From Escherichia phage OES_C-1, in the sequence record PQ553088: DNA of 64,000 bases; one strand, given 5' to 3'. Positions within the stretch are counted from its first letter, which is position 1; each line of letters opens with the position of its first letter. Under the pieces are notes generated by a model. The model was not told where the DNA came from and made no database searches. It saw only the letters and a list, made by a program, of their open reading frames with translations. A program made the position numbers and the translations under genes. Shown here in pieces: positions 29,894 to 40,995 of this stretch.

Positions 29894-30103
29894 TTAAATT
29901 ACATGATTATTTATAATAAATTCTTGCGGAACGTTAAAATACCCAATTTTAGTTAATATAACAACATCACCGTTAATAATTACCGGAGAATAATCGGCTG
30001 GAGCATTAAACTTCCAATGGGCTCTAATATTATATCCATCAGAACCAAATGCTCGACTAGCCGGTCTCCCGGCTTTTTGCCATGCATAAAAATCAAATTT
30101 CAT
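29894..30103 (-). CDS. hypothetical protein
   Basis: 69-aa ORF. Confidence 0.45.
   Translation of the reverse strand: MKFDFYAWQKAGRPASRAFGSDGYNIRAHWKFNAPADYSPVIINGDVVILTKIGYFNVPQEFIINNHVI
29908..29915 (-). promoter_or_regulatory. late promoter TATAAATA (minus strand) for soc
   Basis: Plus-strand tatttata about 30 nt upstream of the soc ATG. Confidence 0.45.
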
Positions 30104-30300
30104 TTTGAATGCTCTATAATTAATTTTAAGGCTTCTTCATGCACCTTACCTAATTGTATATGTCCAGTTTTAATTGTGTAAGCTTTGTGGAGCTGATTAG
30201 ATAGGAGCTCGTATGTGAGCTCCTTGTCATAATTTTTAAATAGCTGGTCAATACGTTTCTTGTGGGCTTTCTTAAGTTGACGTTTATTTAAACGAGCCAT
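30100..30300 (-). CDS. hypothetical protein
   Basis: 66-aa basic ORF. Confidence 0.45.
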   Translation of the reverse strand: MARLNKRQLKKAHKKRIDQLFKNYDKELTYELLSNQLHKAYTIKTGHIQLGKVHEEALKLIIEHSK

Positions 30301-30818
30301 TAATAACCTCGGTCTTGACGAGCGAAGTTTTCAGCATTTTTCAGATAATAAAGTTTAAAGATTTCTTCAGCCGTAAGACCGAGACCTTGGAACATGTTCA
30401 GAACGAAATGAAGAATATCAATCATTTCGAATTTAATTTCCAACTGGTCTTGTGGAGACAAATCAGTAATCAGAGTTTCACGTCGTTCACCATGTTGAGC
30501 TTTCCAAGGCTTCCATACAGCAGATGCATCTTTTTCACCATTGCTCATACCACCAAGAGAAGTCAATAGTTCGCGGAATTCATCATCAATATAATCTTTC
30601 TGATTACGCAGCCAATCAACAACTTCACCCGCAGTAGCCAAATCATCAGGATGACGGTTATATTCAGGTTTATCTTTAGCTAAACGAACCTGTAGAGATT
30701 TCTGCATATCAAGCATAACCTGCAGCGGGTCTTTTTCATCACCGAGAATATCCCAGTATTCATTTTGAGCTTTATCAGCGCCTTCGATCAGTTGACTACA
30801 TTCGTTAAAGTAAGCCAT
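30300..30818 (-). CDS. 56: dCTP pyrophosphatase gp56 (MazG-like)
   Basis: 172 aa from the internal ATG at 30818 (MAYFNECSQLIEG...), which has an AAAGGAA RBS. Confidence 0.75.
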   Translation of the reverse strand: MAYFNECSQLIEGADKAQNEYWDILGDEKDPLQVMLDMQKSLQVRLAKDKPEYNRHPDDLATAGEVVDWLRNQKDYIDDEFRELLTSLGGMSNGEKDASAVWKPWKAQHGERRETLITDLSPQDQLEIKFEMIDILHFVLNMFQGLGLTAEEIFKLYYLKNAENFARQDRGY

Positions 30819-30878
30819 TATTTTTCCTTTCAATTCATTAATAAGTTAAATAATTATATCATTTGAGTATGTAAGCAA

Positions 30879-32218
<1,340 letters not shown>

Positions 32219-32242
32219 TATATTATCCTCAACAGTTTATTT

Positions 32243-32273
32243 TATAATACCACAACAAGCTGAGAAAGTAAAC
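32243..32273 (-). promoter_or_regulatory. T4-type early promoter for the nuclease-like ORF and dam
   Basis: Minus strand reads GTTTAC, 18 nt, TATTAT. Confidence 0.45.
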
Positions 32274-32321
32274 AAATTTTGTAAAATTTGCGATAAATAT
32301 TAATTTAAAGGAGGACGACGC

Positions 32322-32522
32322 ATGGTACAAAAATTAATGGCACTTGTAGATGCCATAAAAGGTAATAAAAAACGTATAGCTTTTACTATTTCTGCTATGA
32401 TAGGAATTTTACTTTGGAATTTTGTTTTATCGCCAGTTGCTATTGCTCACGGTGTTAGTATTCCAGTAATTACTCTTGATACATTCGTAGATTTAGCATT
32501 TGCTTTAGTTGGGTTAATTTAA
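32322..32522 (+). CDS. small membrane protein, plus strand inside the minus-strand block
   Basis: 66-aa ORF with two hydrophobic segments and AAAGGAGG RBS 8 nt upstream; divergent from the 186-aa ORF and convergent with gene 61. Confidence 0.35.
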   Translation: MVQKLMALVDAIKGNKKRIAFTISAMIGILLWNFVLSPVAIAHGVSIPVITLDTFVDLAFALVGLI

Positions 32523-33547
32523 ATCTTAGCATATTTAGATAGCCGCATTTTAGCCATCAGCCCTTGGGCAATATTATTTTTCATATATTCCATAATTTGT
32601 TCAGGGGTTGCACCTTCCTTTCTAATCATATCATTAACATCTTTTGATTTCCAGGGAGATTTATCCCAAAACATAACCCTTTCTCCTGCATCAACTAATT
32701 TAGTCATTCGTTTAATAGTATCAGGGTGACGAGGTTCATTATCTAAAACCCATACACGTCTATCTTTAAATGGAACAATTTCTAGGTCTAATTGACCACC
32801 TGTAATAGCTATACCATTTTCAATAAAAAGTGAATCTATAGGTCCTTCTAGAACATATACATCACCATCTTTAACTCGTTCAACTCCATAGATTTTTGTT
32901 GCCTCAGGATAAGCTTTGATGGTGATATATTTTTGAGGAGCATCTTTCTTTAATGCACGTCCTTGAAAAGACTCAGCTTTTCCGTTAGCATTATAAATTG
33001 GAATAACAAGACGAGGCTCAGGTGTTTCCTTTTTATATGTTCCTGGAGCTATACTATTAACTAATTTAGGCCATTCAGTTGTAAACCAAAGATATTTCCA
33101 TTTATCCTTTGGAATACAACGAGCTTTTACATATTTTATAATTGGATGGTCTTCCGCCAATTTATCTAATCTGATGCATGACGGAAGAGATTTAATTATT
33201 TTCTTCTCGGGTTGTTTAGGAAGTTCTTTAGGTTTTTCTACTGGACGACTTTTACCTTTTTCTTTTCTTATTTCAAAGATATACTCACGATATAAATCAG
33301 GTTCAAACTCCTTTAAATATATTCCGATTGGTGCATGATAGTTACAGTTATAACAATGAATATTTCCTTCATTATTATCACCGTAATACCATCCACGGGC
33401 TTTATTTTGGTCGGTTTTTGAATCTCCACAAACAGGGCATCTAAACCGTAATTTAAAAGTTGAACTATTATTTACTTGTGTGAATTTAGGTAAATGAGCT
33501 AGCGCACGATATGCAAACTCATTATCAATCCAAGGTATTGATGACAT
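32519..33547 (-). CDS. 61: DNA primase gp61
   Basis: 342-aa ORF with N-terminal zinc-binding CPVCGDSK...CYNC and a Toprim-like core. Confidence 0.9.
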   Translation of the reverse strand: MSSIPWIDNEFAYRALAHLPKFTQVNNSSTFKLRFRCPVCGDSKTDQNKARGWYYGDNNEGNIHCYNCNYHAPIGIYLKEFEPDLYREYIFEIRKEKGKSRPVEKPKELPKQPEKKIIKSLPSCIRLDKLAEDHPIIKYVKARCIPKDKWKYLWFTTEWPKLVNSIAPGTYKKETPEPRLVIPIYNANGKAESFQGRALKKDAPQKYITIKAYPEATKIYGVERVKDGDVYVLEGPIDSLFIENGIAITGGQLDLEIVPFKDRRVWVLDNEPRHPDTIKRMTKLVDAGERVMFWDKSPWKSKDVNDMIRKEGATPEQIMEYMKNNIAQGLMAKMRLSKYAKI

Positions 33548-33549
33548 TT

Positions 33550-33714
33550 TTACTCTTCTTTTTCTTTAGATTCCTCTTTTTTCTTTTTAGGAATCTGTTC
33601 AGGACCTTTATTTACTACAGCGCCTGACGTTGTTCCAGTAGAGATATTTTCAGGATTACCGCCTGAATCTCCAGCGACCATATCTTCTTTGATAAATTCT
33701 TTATATGTTTTCAT
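33550..33714 (-). CDS. small hypothetical protein (54 aa, below track cutoff)
   Basis: Hand-translated MKTYKEFIKEDMVAGDSGGNPEN...KKKKEESKEKEE. Confidence 0.3.
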   Translation of the reverse strand: MKTYKEFIKEDMVAGDSGGNPENISTGTTSGAVVNKGPEQIPKKKKEESKEKEE

Positions 33715-33715
33715 A

Positions 33716-34072
33716 TTAACCTCTATTCATAAAAGCATTAAAAATTTGGTCATCAATTGATGGAATAGCAACCCTTTCTGCGTCATTTAGCAAATCATTA
33801 ATTTCATCAGATAGCATAACACATGTACCTTTATTTCCTGTAATTGTTACTGCACAATTACGAACATTTTCTTTATCGAATTTTAGGTTAATATTTTCGT
33901 AGTGAAAATCCTTTAATGCCGAATATATTTTTAAAATGAAATTGTCTTTTACTACAATAAACCCAACCTCGCTATTAAAACGTGGTTCATGGAAACTGTA
34001 ATAAACCTTTTCATCTATGAAATCGTATGAAATTTTTTCCATTTTTAAATATGAAAATTCAGAACTATACAT
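33716..34072 (-). CDS. hypothetical protein
   Basis: 118-aa ORF with GAGG RBS. Confidence 0.5.
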   Translation of the reverse strand: MYSSEFSYLKMEKISYDFIDEKVYYSFHEPRFNSEVGFIVVKDNFILKIYSALKDFHYENINLKFDKENVRNCAVTITGNKGTCVMLSDEINDLLNDAERVAIPSIDDQIFNAFMNRG

Positions 34073-34084
34073 ACTAACCTCTAA

Positions 34085-34378
34085 TTACTCACCTACCACT
34101 TCAGCGATGATATTTTTATTATTGAAGTTTTTATCACAATACAGAACGTAATTATACTGCATTACACCACCAGACTTAAGCTGTTTTTGTACTTCAGCTT
34201 TCATTTCAGGACGATCACGCTCAACGATATTCATAATATCTGCTTCAATCTGAGTTTCAACCTCAGTTTGATCTGCAGTCATAGACCATTCGCACAAATC
34301 TTTATCATAACCTGCCATAGCAGGCTGAGCAGCACAAGAAGCTAAAGCAAAAATTGTAGCAAAAACAAATTTTTTCAT
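34085..34378 (-). CDS. sp: Spackle-like periplasmic protein
   Basis: 97-aa ORF with signal peptide MKKFVFATIFALASCAAQPAMA; size and position as T4 sp. Confidence 0.55.
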   Translation of the reverse strand: MKKFVFATIFALASCAAQPAMAGYDKDLCEWSMTADQTEVETQIEADIMNIVERDRPEMKAEVQKQLKSGGVMQYNYVLYCDKNFNNKNIIAEVVGE

Positions 34379-34404
34379 GATAATCTCCTCAGTAGTTTAT
34401 GTTT

Positions 34405-34436
34405 ATATAGTATCTCAATTTCCAACAAAAGTAAAC
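34405..34436 (-). promoter_or_regulatory. T4-type early promoter for sp
   Basis: Minus strand reads GTTTAC, 17 nt, TACTAT. Confidence 0.45.
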
Positions 34437-34438
34437 AG

Positions 34439-34696
34439 TTATTTTAAAACTTCTGCATAATCACATGTTACAAACTGTTTCTCTAACTTGACGATTTTAC
34501 GAAAGTATCTTTTGCATTGACGAATCTGTCGCTTCGTAGGGCGCACAGCAAACTTAATAAATTCCACTCGACCAAATGGAGGACTTTCTTCTGCTGGAAT
34601 ATCTAACACCAATTCCCACGTATCCGCAATAAGTGCTTTGAATTGTGTATTTTTCCTGATGTTATACGGAGTAGGTTTAAATAAAACCGTATGCAT
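34439..34696 (-). CDS. hypothetical protein (61.4-like)
   Basis: 85 aa from the internal ATG at 34696, which sits one nucleotide after the dmd stop. Confidence 0.4.
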   Translation of the reverse strand: MHTVLFKPTPYNIRKNTQFKALIADTWELVLDIPAEESPPFGRVEFIKFAVRPTKRQIRQCKRYFRKIVKLEKQFVTCDYAEVLK

Positions 34697-34697
34697 A

Positions 34698-34889
34698 TTA
34701 CCCTCGCCAATCAGATTCAAAAACTTTTTTATCATTAACAAATGCTTTAACTAAAGCTTTATTAACTTCAGCAAGTTGTGAAGTGACCCATAGAATTTGA
34801 TCTTTATCAGACACATCCATAGTGATTTCTTTGGTAAACATATTACCATTTTCAAACCAGCCAATAAAAACAATCTTTGCTAATTCCAT
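34698..34889 (-). CDS. dmd: Dmd-like protein (in T4, antitoxin against host RnlA/LsoA)
   Basis: 63-aa ORF immediately downstream of gene 41 with its own early promoter; size and position as T4 dmd. Confidence 0.5.
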   Translation of the reverse strand: MELAKIVFIGWFENGNMFTKEITMDVSDKDQILWVTSQLAEVNKALVKAFVNDKKVFESDWRG

Positions 34890-34919
34890 AACAATCTCCC
34901 CATTTAACCAACAAGACTA

Positions 34920-34948
34920 CTATACCATAGTCTTGTCAGCTTGTAAAC
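34920..34948 (-). promoter_or_regulatory. T4-type early promoter for dmd
   Basis: Minus strand reads GTTTAC, 17 nt, GTATAGT; the -10 sits inside an 8-bp inverted repeat caagacta/tagtcttg. Confidence 0.45.
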
Positions 34949-36375
34949 TAAAATTTTAATTCATTTGCTAAAGCATCTAACTGAGCTCGAGTGGATTCGT
35001 TTCTTTGATAGCGGTTCTGTTCAGCCTGAATCTGCTGTGAACCTGCTACTTCGTTCACTTCAGTTGGAGTAGAATCTTGTTCAATTTCTACCCATTTCTG
35101 ATTTCCTTTTTGAACACCCATCAAAAACTTATTCCATTTATTCTTATCACCATATCGTGATTTGATTTGCTTAATGAGTTGCTGTTCAGCAGCTGCTAAC
35201 TCTTCAGTTTCAATGACCGCAAGCATAAAATCGGCTGTTGCTGGAAGACCGGCAGATTCTGCAATATCGCTCATGTTAACATCAGAAGAATCCCAAGCTT
35301 GTTTACCAACCTGTGCTGCAGTCCAAAGAACAGTTTCGGTTTCAACAGCCAGAGCACGCAATTCCTCTGCGATAGCTTTAACAGTTGTGTAACTATTTTC
35401 TGAGTAAACTCTGATGCGGCAAGATTTACAAATACCTAGATAGTCGACAATAATGATCGTTGGAACAAAATTCTTCTTGAGCTTCAATTCGTTCAAAAGA
35501 GAACGAAATGTATTAGCGTCTGCTCCACCAGTAGGATACTGTTTAACGATTAAACGGCCGAGAGTAGATTTCTCACGCCATTTTTCCATTTTTCCTTTAT
35601 ACTCAGCGTAAGAAATATGCCCGTCATCAATGTCATCAAGAGAAACATCGAGCATATTAGCGTCAATACGTTTAGCACAGACTTCTTCTGCCATTTCCAT
35701 GGAAATGTAAAGAACATTATGACCGAGCTGCAAATAATCTGCTGCCAATGAACACAGACCTAATGACTTACCGACGTTAACACCAGCCATTAAAACGTTC
35801 AGTGTTCCAGTCTCAGCTCCGCCTTTAGTAATTTTATTTAGAATTTTGAGTTTAAATGGAACCTTACGAGCTTTATTCATATAAGATAGCCAACGTGCTT
35901 CGTAGTCATCCATCCAATCATGGCCAACATAGCTATCAAATGAAATTGATAATGCTTGGCGCATGATGTCAGGAATAGCACCAACATCCGGCATTTTCTT
36001 ATTTCGTTTTTCCGGAGGAAGCTCAGCATTAGTTTGAATTTCAATTATTTTAGATGTGGCGTTAAACATCGCCCTTTGCTGAACATATTTTTCTGTTTCT
36101 TTTACTAACCAGCTGTGGTCTTCTGGAGAATCGGCTAGTTTAGAAATAAGTGTTTTTACACCAGAATATTCTGTTTCAGTAAATGAACTATTTTCTAATG
36201 CAACATTTAATGCATTAATAGATGGAACGCTATGGTACTCATTAACATGAGATTTAATTAATTTGAATGTATTTTTAGCTGGACCACTTTCAAAATATTC
36301 TGAATCCATATATGGCCAAACTTTTGAAAAATAAGCTTGATCAAATATGAGATGAGAAAGAATAATTTCTACCAC
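34948..36375 (-). CDS. 41: replicative DNA helicase gp41 (DnaB-like)
   Basis: 475-aa ORF with Walker A GVNVGKSLGL and RecA-like core. Confidence 0.9.
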   Translation of the reverse strand: MVEIILSHLIFDQAYFSKVWPYMDSEYFESGPAKNTFKLIKSHVNEYHSVPSINALNVALENSSFTETEYSGVKTLISKLADSPEDHSWLVKETEKYVQQRAMFNATSKIIEIQTNAELPPEKRNKKMPDVGAIPDIMRQALSISFDSYVGHDWMDDYEARWLSYMNKARKVPFKLKILNKITKGGAETGTLNVLMAGVNVGKSLGLCSLAADYLQLGHNVLYISMEMAEEVCAKRIDANMLDVSLDDIDDGHISYAEYKGKMEKWREKSTLGRLIVKQYPTGGADANTFRSLLNELKLKKNFVPTIIIVDYLGICKSCRIRVYSENSYTTVKAIAEELRALAVETETVLWTAAQVGKQAWDSSDVNMSDIAESAGLPATADFMLAVIETEELAAAEQQLIKQIKSRYGDKNKWNKFLMGVQKGNQKWVEIEQDSTPTEVNEVAGSQQIQAEQNRYQRNESTRAQLDALANELKF

Positions 36376-36384
36376 ACTTACTCC

Positions 36385-36729
36385 TTAAAAGAATTTAAAT
36401 TTTTTCTTTGACCTTTTATTAAATGCATCTTGTAGTTGCATTGTAATACATTTTTCTACATGAGGAGCTAACTCAGCTTTTCTTTCTTGGTCAAGAACAG
36501 CAAAGTCCATTACGACTTTTCCATCAACCCAATCTAATTTTGTCACATACACAATGTGTGTAGAACCATCTTCTAGTTTAATGACAATCTCCTGGATAAC
36601 ATTTTCCATGGCAGATTTAATTATCTTAAGAGATTCATTAAAAAGACGTTCTTTTCTTTCTTCTTCCCCCTCCGAAGAGGGGGATTCGTCGATAATTTCT
36701 AGATCTAAATCTAAATCATCTTTATTCAT
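36385..36729 (-). CDS. 40: gp40-like protein
   Basis: Start placed at the ATG at 36729 (114 aa), which overlaps the uvsX stop; the track's 36747 start (120 aa) is the alternative. Confidence 0.45.
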   Translation of the reverse strand: MNKDDLDLDLEIIDESPSSEGEEERKERLFNESLKIIKSAMENVIQEIVIKLEDGSTHIVYVTKLDWVDGKVVMDFAVLDQERKAELAPHVEKCITMQLQDAFNKRSKKKFKFF

Positions 36730-37903
36730 TAAATTCTTCCATATCACTTAACTTATCTAGGTCAGTTTCTAAATCAGCTGCTGATTTACTTTTACTTTCT
36801 GGAGATTTAAATTTTTCAACCTTTGAGTTAATTAATTCATCAACTTCAGCTTCAACAATTTCATTACTATCAATAGCACCTAATTGATAAGCACGTTTAA
36901 TAGCATCTCGGAATGGTTGATGCTTAAATAAAGGACCCCAGAATGTAGTGCAATTGGTATCTTTTGCACGCCAAGATTTTTCTTCGCGAATCATCTCGCC
37001 AGTTTCTTCGTCAAGAAATTCACGAGCATACCAGCCATTTTTAGGTTTTACTACAAATCCTAATTCAAGAGCCATATCTAACAATCCAGAATAAGGATCG
37101 ATACCACCGTCAAATTTAACATCAATAAAGAATTTACTTTTTTCTTTGACGGTGCGAGATTTTTCTACATTTAGAACAAATTGATACCCCTGAAGATCAG
37201 AACCATCTTTAATCTGACGCTTACCGATAATGAATACAGTATCAGCCGAATACATTACGCCTGTACCACCTGTCATCACGGTTTTACTAAACATTTCAAT
37301 TGTTTCAATTGTATGGTTAACCGCAACGCATGGAATGTTTTTAATACTAAAATAAGGAGTAACAATACGGAATAATGACTTCAGTGATTTAGCACGAGTC
37401 ATATCTGCCACAGATTTTTCATTCAAGGCATCTTCCGTTTCTTTCTTAGAAGCCATATTACCGATTGAGTCGATGAATACAATAACTTTTTCACCGCGCT
37501 CAATAGCTTCAAGCTGATTCACCATATCAATTTTCAGTTGTTCAACTGACTGAATTGGCGTATGAATTACTCGTTCCGGGTCAACTCCCATGGATCGCAA
37601 ATAAGCTGGAGTAATACCAAATTCGCTATCATAGAATAAACAAACTGCGTCAGGATATTTGTTCAAATACGCCGCAACCATAGTCAAAGACATATTTGAT
37701 TTAAAGTGTTTAGAAGGACCTGCGAAAATAGTTAAACCGGACTGCATTCCACCATCAATCGCACCGGAAATAGCGATATTAAGCATTGGAATTTTTGTAC
37801 GGATTACATCCTTTTCATTAAAGAATTTAGATGTAGTCAGTTCAGCAGTCATTTTAGAAGTGGAAGCTTTAATCAAACGGGATTTTAAATCTGCAATAGA
37901 CAT
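36722..37903 (-). CDS. uvsX: UvsX recombinase (RecA-like)
   Basis: 393-aa ORF with Walker A GPSKHFKS and RecA-fold motifs. Confidence 0.9.
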   Translation of the reverse strand: MSIADLKSRLIKASTSKMTAELTTSKFFNEKDVIRTKIPMLNIAISGAIDGGMQSGLTIFAGPSKHFKSNMSLTMVAAYLNKYPDAVCLFYDSEFGITPAYLRSMGVDPERVIHTPIQSVEQLKIDMVNQLEAIERGEKVIVFIDSIGNMASKKETEDALNEKSVADMTRAKSLKSLFRIVTPYFSIKNIPCVAVNHTIETIEMFSKTVMTGGTGVMYSADTVFIIGKRQIKDGSDLQGYQFVLNVEKSRTVKEKSKFFIDVKFDGGIDPYSGLLDMALELGFVVKPKNGWYAREFLDEETGEMIREEKSWRAKDTNCTTFWGPLFKHQPFRDAIKRAYQLGAIDSNEIVEAEVDELINSKVEKFKSPESKSKSAADLETDLDKLSDMEEFNE

Positions 37904-37980
37904 TCATTTTTTCCATAGGCATCATTATATTTTCCTCACCGGTTAAAGATAGGGTAATTATAACACAATAAATTTAGGCA

Positions 37981-38823
37981 TTAATCAACTGCTATTGGAT
38001 GAATAGCATTAAACTTATGAAACGCTTCTGATTTTTCTTTGCGCGAAACACACATGCGAAGAACCTTTAATGGCTCGTCTTCTTCACCCAACGATTTTCG
38101 TTTTTCAATATTAGAAGTTTTCCAACGAGCTTGCTCTGGAAATTCTCTATTGATTTGCTCAAGCGCTCTATTATGTTTAGAATTACTACGAATTGAACTA
38201 CACCCGCCAGGAGCTTGTGATTTTCCAGATACAACCAAATATTTGAACAAGGCCAAATGCGGATAACCTTGATTAATTAAATTGAGAAATGCATACATAT
38301 CTTCGCATAAATCAATTTTTCCATACCCAATTTGTTCTGTCGTAAGTTTTCCAAGGTCATACCAGGTATTCGTGAATCCATATGAATTTTCACGATAATT
38401 ACCCCAAGATGAAGTAATTTTAAAAATTGGTAGACGAGCATGACCGTGATAATACCCGCAATCCATTGCATCCTCAACGTATTGAATTAATTCATAGAAT
38501 TGCTCACGAGTCAATTGATTGACTTTATCTACACGCCGTTTATCGTCTCTCTTTCGTATTGAACTCATACGAATAGTAGTATCATCATCGATCATCCAAA
38601 TTCGTTGACCTGCATACATATCAGTAATTGCTTTACGAGTTCCAGCAATTCCATTGACATCATCAGGAATAGTTATAATTTTAGCTCTAGACCCGTAAGC
38701 GTCATGATAAGCTTTTTCTTCATGTTCACGTACTACAATATGTGGTTCATAATCAGATGGAAACATATCAAGGGCAGAAACTGCCCTTACGCGTTGATAG
38801 CTTGGAATTACGAATTGAATCAT
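37981..38823 (-). CDS. putative glycosyltransferase at the beta-gt locus (possibly a T2/T6-type beta-glucosyl-HMC-alpha-glucosyltransferase)
   Basis: 280-aa ORF between uvsX and gene 42 with N-terminal beta-strand FVIPSY and an acidic IDDD motif. Confidence 0.45.
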   Translation of the reverse strand: MIQFVIPSYQRVRAVSALDMFPSDYEPHIVVREHEEKAYHDAYGSRAKIITIPDDVNGIAGTRKAITDMYAGQRIWMIDDDTTIRMSSIRKRDDKRRVDKVNQLTREQFYELIQYVEDAMDCGYYHGHARLPIFKITSSWGNYRENSYGFTNTWYDLGKLTTEQIGYGKIDLCEDMYAFLNLINQGYPHLALFKYLVVSGKSQAPGGCSSIRSNSKHNRALEQINREFPEQARWKTSNIEKRKSLGEEDEPLKVLRMCVSRKEKSEAFHKFNAIHPIAVD

Positions 38824-39461
38824 TTAAGTGCCTTACATTTGTCAAAATGGTATCTTGTCATATTTGGCCCACGTCCTTTTAGTCCGCAATGCGGACATAT
38901 TTTTTCTATCAAATTATGAGGTTTTCCTTTACGATTTTTAGACATCGTTTCTTTAATTATTTTAGCTTTTTCTGCGCCAAAAATTTCTTCATAAGTTTTA
39001 CCAGAATTTTCCTTTGCTCGATTTATAATTCCATATGCCTGTTCATTTTTACCATACATTGGATTACCTTCGCCTTTCATTCTTTTAGAATGATCAGGAC
39101 GCTTGATTCCACGAAAGGCATTTCCACATTTATATCTTTCTTCTGGAGATAGTTTCTTACCGTACATTCCATTTAATTTACCTGGAAAACTTCCTCCCCA
39201 CGCTTCATTCTTTAAATTATATGAATCCGGGCAATTGGCAGCATCTAAACAAGTTAAAATAATTTCTTCAACTTGTCTAAACATCGGTCCTTCATATAAT
39301 ATTTCTTTATTAAAGGATTTTATTCCATATTTCTTTTTAGCATGTTGCCAAACTACACCCGAACCATCATAATTCGGGTTGTGACCATCGTGACTTCCTA
39401 TATACCACTTTTTAGTTTTAGGATGTTTATACTTATAAACATGTGGCACATTTACTTCCAT
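38820..39461 (-). CDS. GIY-YIG homing endonuclease, Seg-like, free-standing
   Basis: 213-aa ORF with VYKYKHPKTKKWYIGSH (GIY-YIG) and repeated NPMYGK-type motifs; ends overlap both neighbours. Confidence 0.7.
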   Translation of the reverse strand: MEVNVPHVYKYKHPKTKKWYIGSHDGHNPNYDGSGVVWQHAKKKYGIKSFNKEILYEGPMFRQVEEIILTCLDAANCPDSYNLKNEAWGGSFPGKLNGMYGKKLSPEERYKCGNAFRGIKRPDHSKRMKGEGNPMYGKNEQAYGIINRAKENSGKTYEEIFGAEKAKIIKETMSKNRKGKPHNLIEKICPHCGLKGRGPNMTRYHFDKCKALK

Positions 39462-40192
39462 TTTCCAGTATAATCCTTTTTAGCAATATGAGTTTCACCG
39501 GTGTTCCACCAATGGTCAACTAAATAAAACTGATTTTCGTAAACATGAAGACTTCCAACGTTCCATATAATAGAACCTGCTTTATATTGCCGCGATGGGT
39601 CGCCTGCATTCAAATCAGATACTAATTTATCTAGTACGTATTTTTGCCATGCATAATCATTACGATAGCCTGCCCAGCAATCATTACTTCTCATGTTAAC
39701 CACTGCATTGACTTTCTTATCACGAATCAGGTACTGTACTGTATTCGTACACATGAAATCTGACATACCATCTTTGTTGTAGTCAAACTGCATGGATGGA
39801 CGAGTATAAATCATGATACCACGTCGAGAATCAGGATTTTGACCAAGTTCAGCTAAACACATGTCATACTGAGCATAGTTATCTTCTGACCAGATGGCCC
39901 AACCATAATTCGAGTTAATTTCGCCTTTAGAAGATGCTACCTGCTGCCAAATCTTTGGTGTTTCACCTGGAATATCTTTAACAAACAAGCTCTTAGATTT
40001 ATACCATTTAAGTTCACGCTGAATGTATTCATCATTAAGAGCGCCAAAAATAAATGGTTCATCTGCTACAAATGATGCGCCAATAATTTCAATAGTTTTA
40101 ACACCAGTTTTATCAACTACGAAATCTTTTTCCTTTAATGCAGTTCCCAAATAAAAACGGATTTCTTCAACTGTCATAGAGTCACTAATCAT
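39452..40192 (-). CDS. 42: dCMP hydroxymethylase gp42
   Basis: 246-aa ORF; size and position as T4 gp42. Confidence 0.85.
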   Translation of the reverse strand: MISDSMTVEEIRFYLGTALKEKDFVVDKTGVKTIEIIGASFVADEPFIFGALNDEYIQRELKWYKSKSLFVKDIPGETPKIWQQVASSKGEINSNYGWAIWSEDNYAQYDMCLAELGQNPDSRRGIMIYTRPSMQFDYNKDGMSDFMCTNTVQYLIRDKKVNAVVNMRSNDCWAGYRNDYAWQKYVLDKLVSDLNAGDPSRQYKAGSIIWNVGSLHVYENQFYLVDHWWNTGETHIAKKDYTGKWK

Positions 40193-40199
40193 TTAAACC

Positions 40200-40349
40200 T
40201 CAATTGATACATTCATATTTAACTTGTAACAGTAATAAACCCCAACCTAAAATAATAGTTGGAATCATAAGAGGAACCGTTACACTATAGTATATACTTA
40301 TTATAATCATCAAGATTAAAAGCAATGCTGTTATAATTTTGCTTTTCAT
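40200..40349 (-). CDS. small membrane peptide (49 aa, below track cutoff)
   Basis: Hand-translated MKSKIITALLLILMIIISIYYSVTVPLMIPTIILGWGLLLL...; ATG overlaps the imm stop. Confidence 0.35.
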   Translation of the reverse strand: MKSKIITALLLILMIIISIYYSVTVPLMIPTIILGWGLLLLQVKYECIN

Positions 40350-40597
40350 TCCTTCTCTCTGATGATAATTACCTGATTTGGCTGCGCAGACTTTTTAGTT
40401 TCACCTGCAATTGACCAAATAAATGTAATAAACCAACCAATAATTGACCAGTTAAACAGCAAAGATGTGAAAAAGATTCCTACTGTCGATTTTGACCCAC
40501 GCATTAAGGCAATGAACCAAGGAAGCATGTATATAATAATAGCCAACACACCTGAAACTAAAACCATAAAAATTGAACCTGCTACTAAAGTTTCCAT
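40346..40597 (-). CDS. imm: superinfection immunity protein Imm
   Basis: 83-aa two-TM ORF starting METLVAGSIFMVLVSGVLAIIIYMLPWFIALMRGSK. Confidence 0.8.
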   Translation of the reverse strand: METLVAGSIFMVLVSGVLAIIIYMLPWFIALMRGSKSTVGIFFTSLLFNWSIIGWFITFIWSIAGETKKSAQPNQVIIIREKE

Positions 40598-40604
40598 GTT
40601 TTCC

Positions 40605-40985
40605 TCACTTAGTCAAATTTTTTACGCATGAATTATAAGAATTTACTACATACTCCATCGGAGCATTTTTACCAGTACGCCATTGATAATTATTAGCCCA
40701 ATTAGCCCAAAGTTCGGCACAGTAACTTTCAATTTTTTCTTCACGTGTAATTACATCCGAATTACGATATGCTTGAGCAGATTCATCTGGACGAATAGCT
40801 TCGTCAAAATTCGCCTGCATTTGTTCGACTGTTTGCTTTGGAGCTTCTTTATAACACTTGACATTAGGATTATAAAATTTGCTTGAACAGTTTACAATTT
40901 TTCCTGCATCAGACTGATTTACTACCGGTCCTTGAGCTACACAACCAGTAAGACCTAATGCAATAACCAAAATAGCGATTTTCAT
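40605..40985 (-). CDS. putative lipoprotein
   Basis: 126-aa ORF with signal peptide and lipobox LTGC. Confidence 0.5.
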   Translation of the reverse strand: MKIAILVIALGLTGCVAQGPVVNQSDAGKIVNCSSKFYNPNVKCYKEAPKQTVEQMQANFDEAIRPDESAQAYRNSDVITREEKIESYCAELWANWANNYQWRTGKNAPMEYVVNSYNSCVKNLTK

Positions 40986-40995
40986 AATAATTTCC

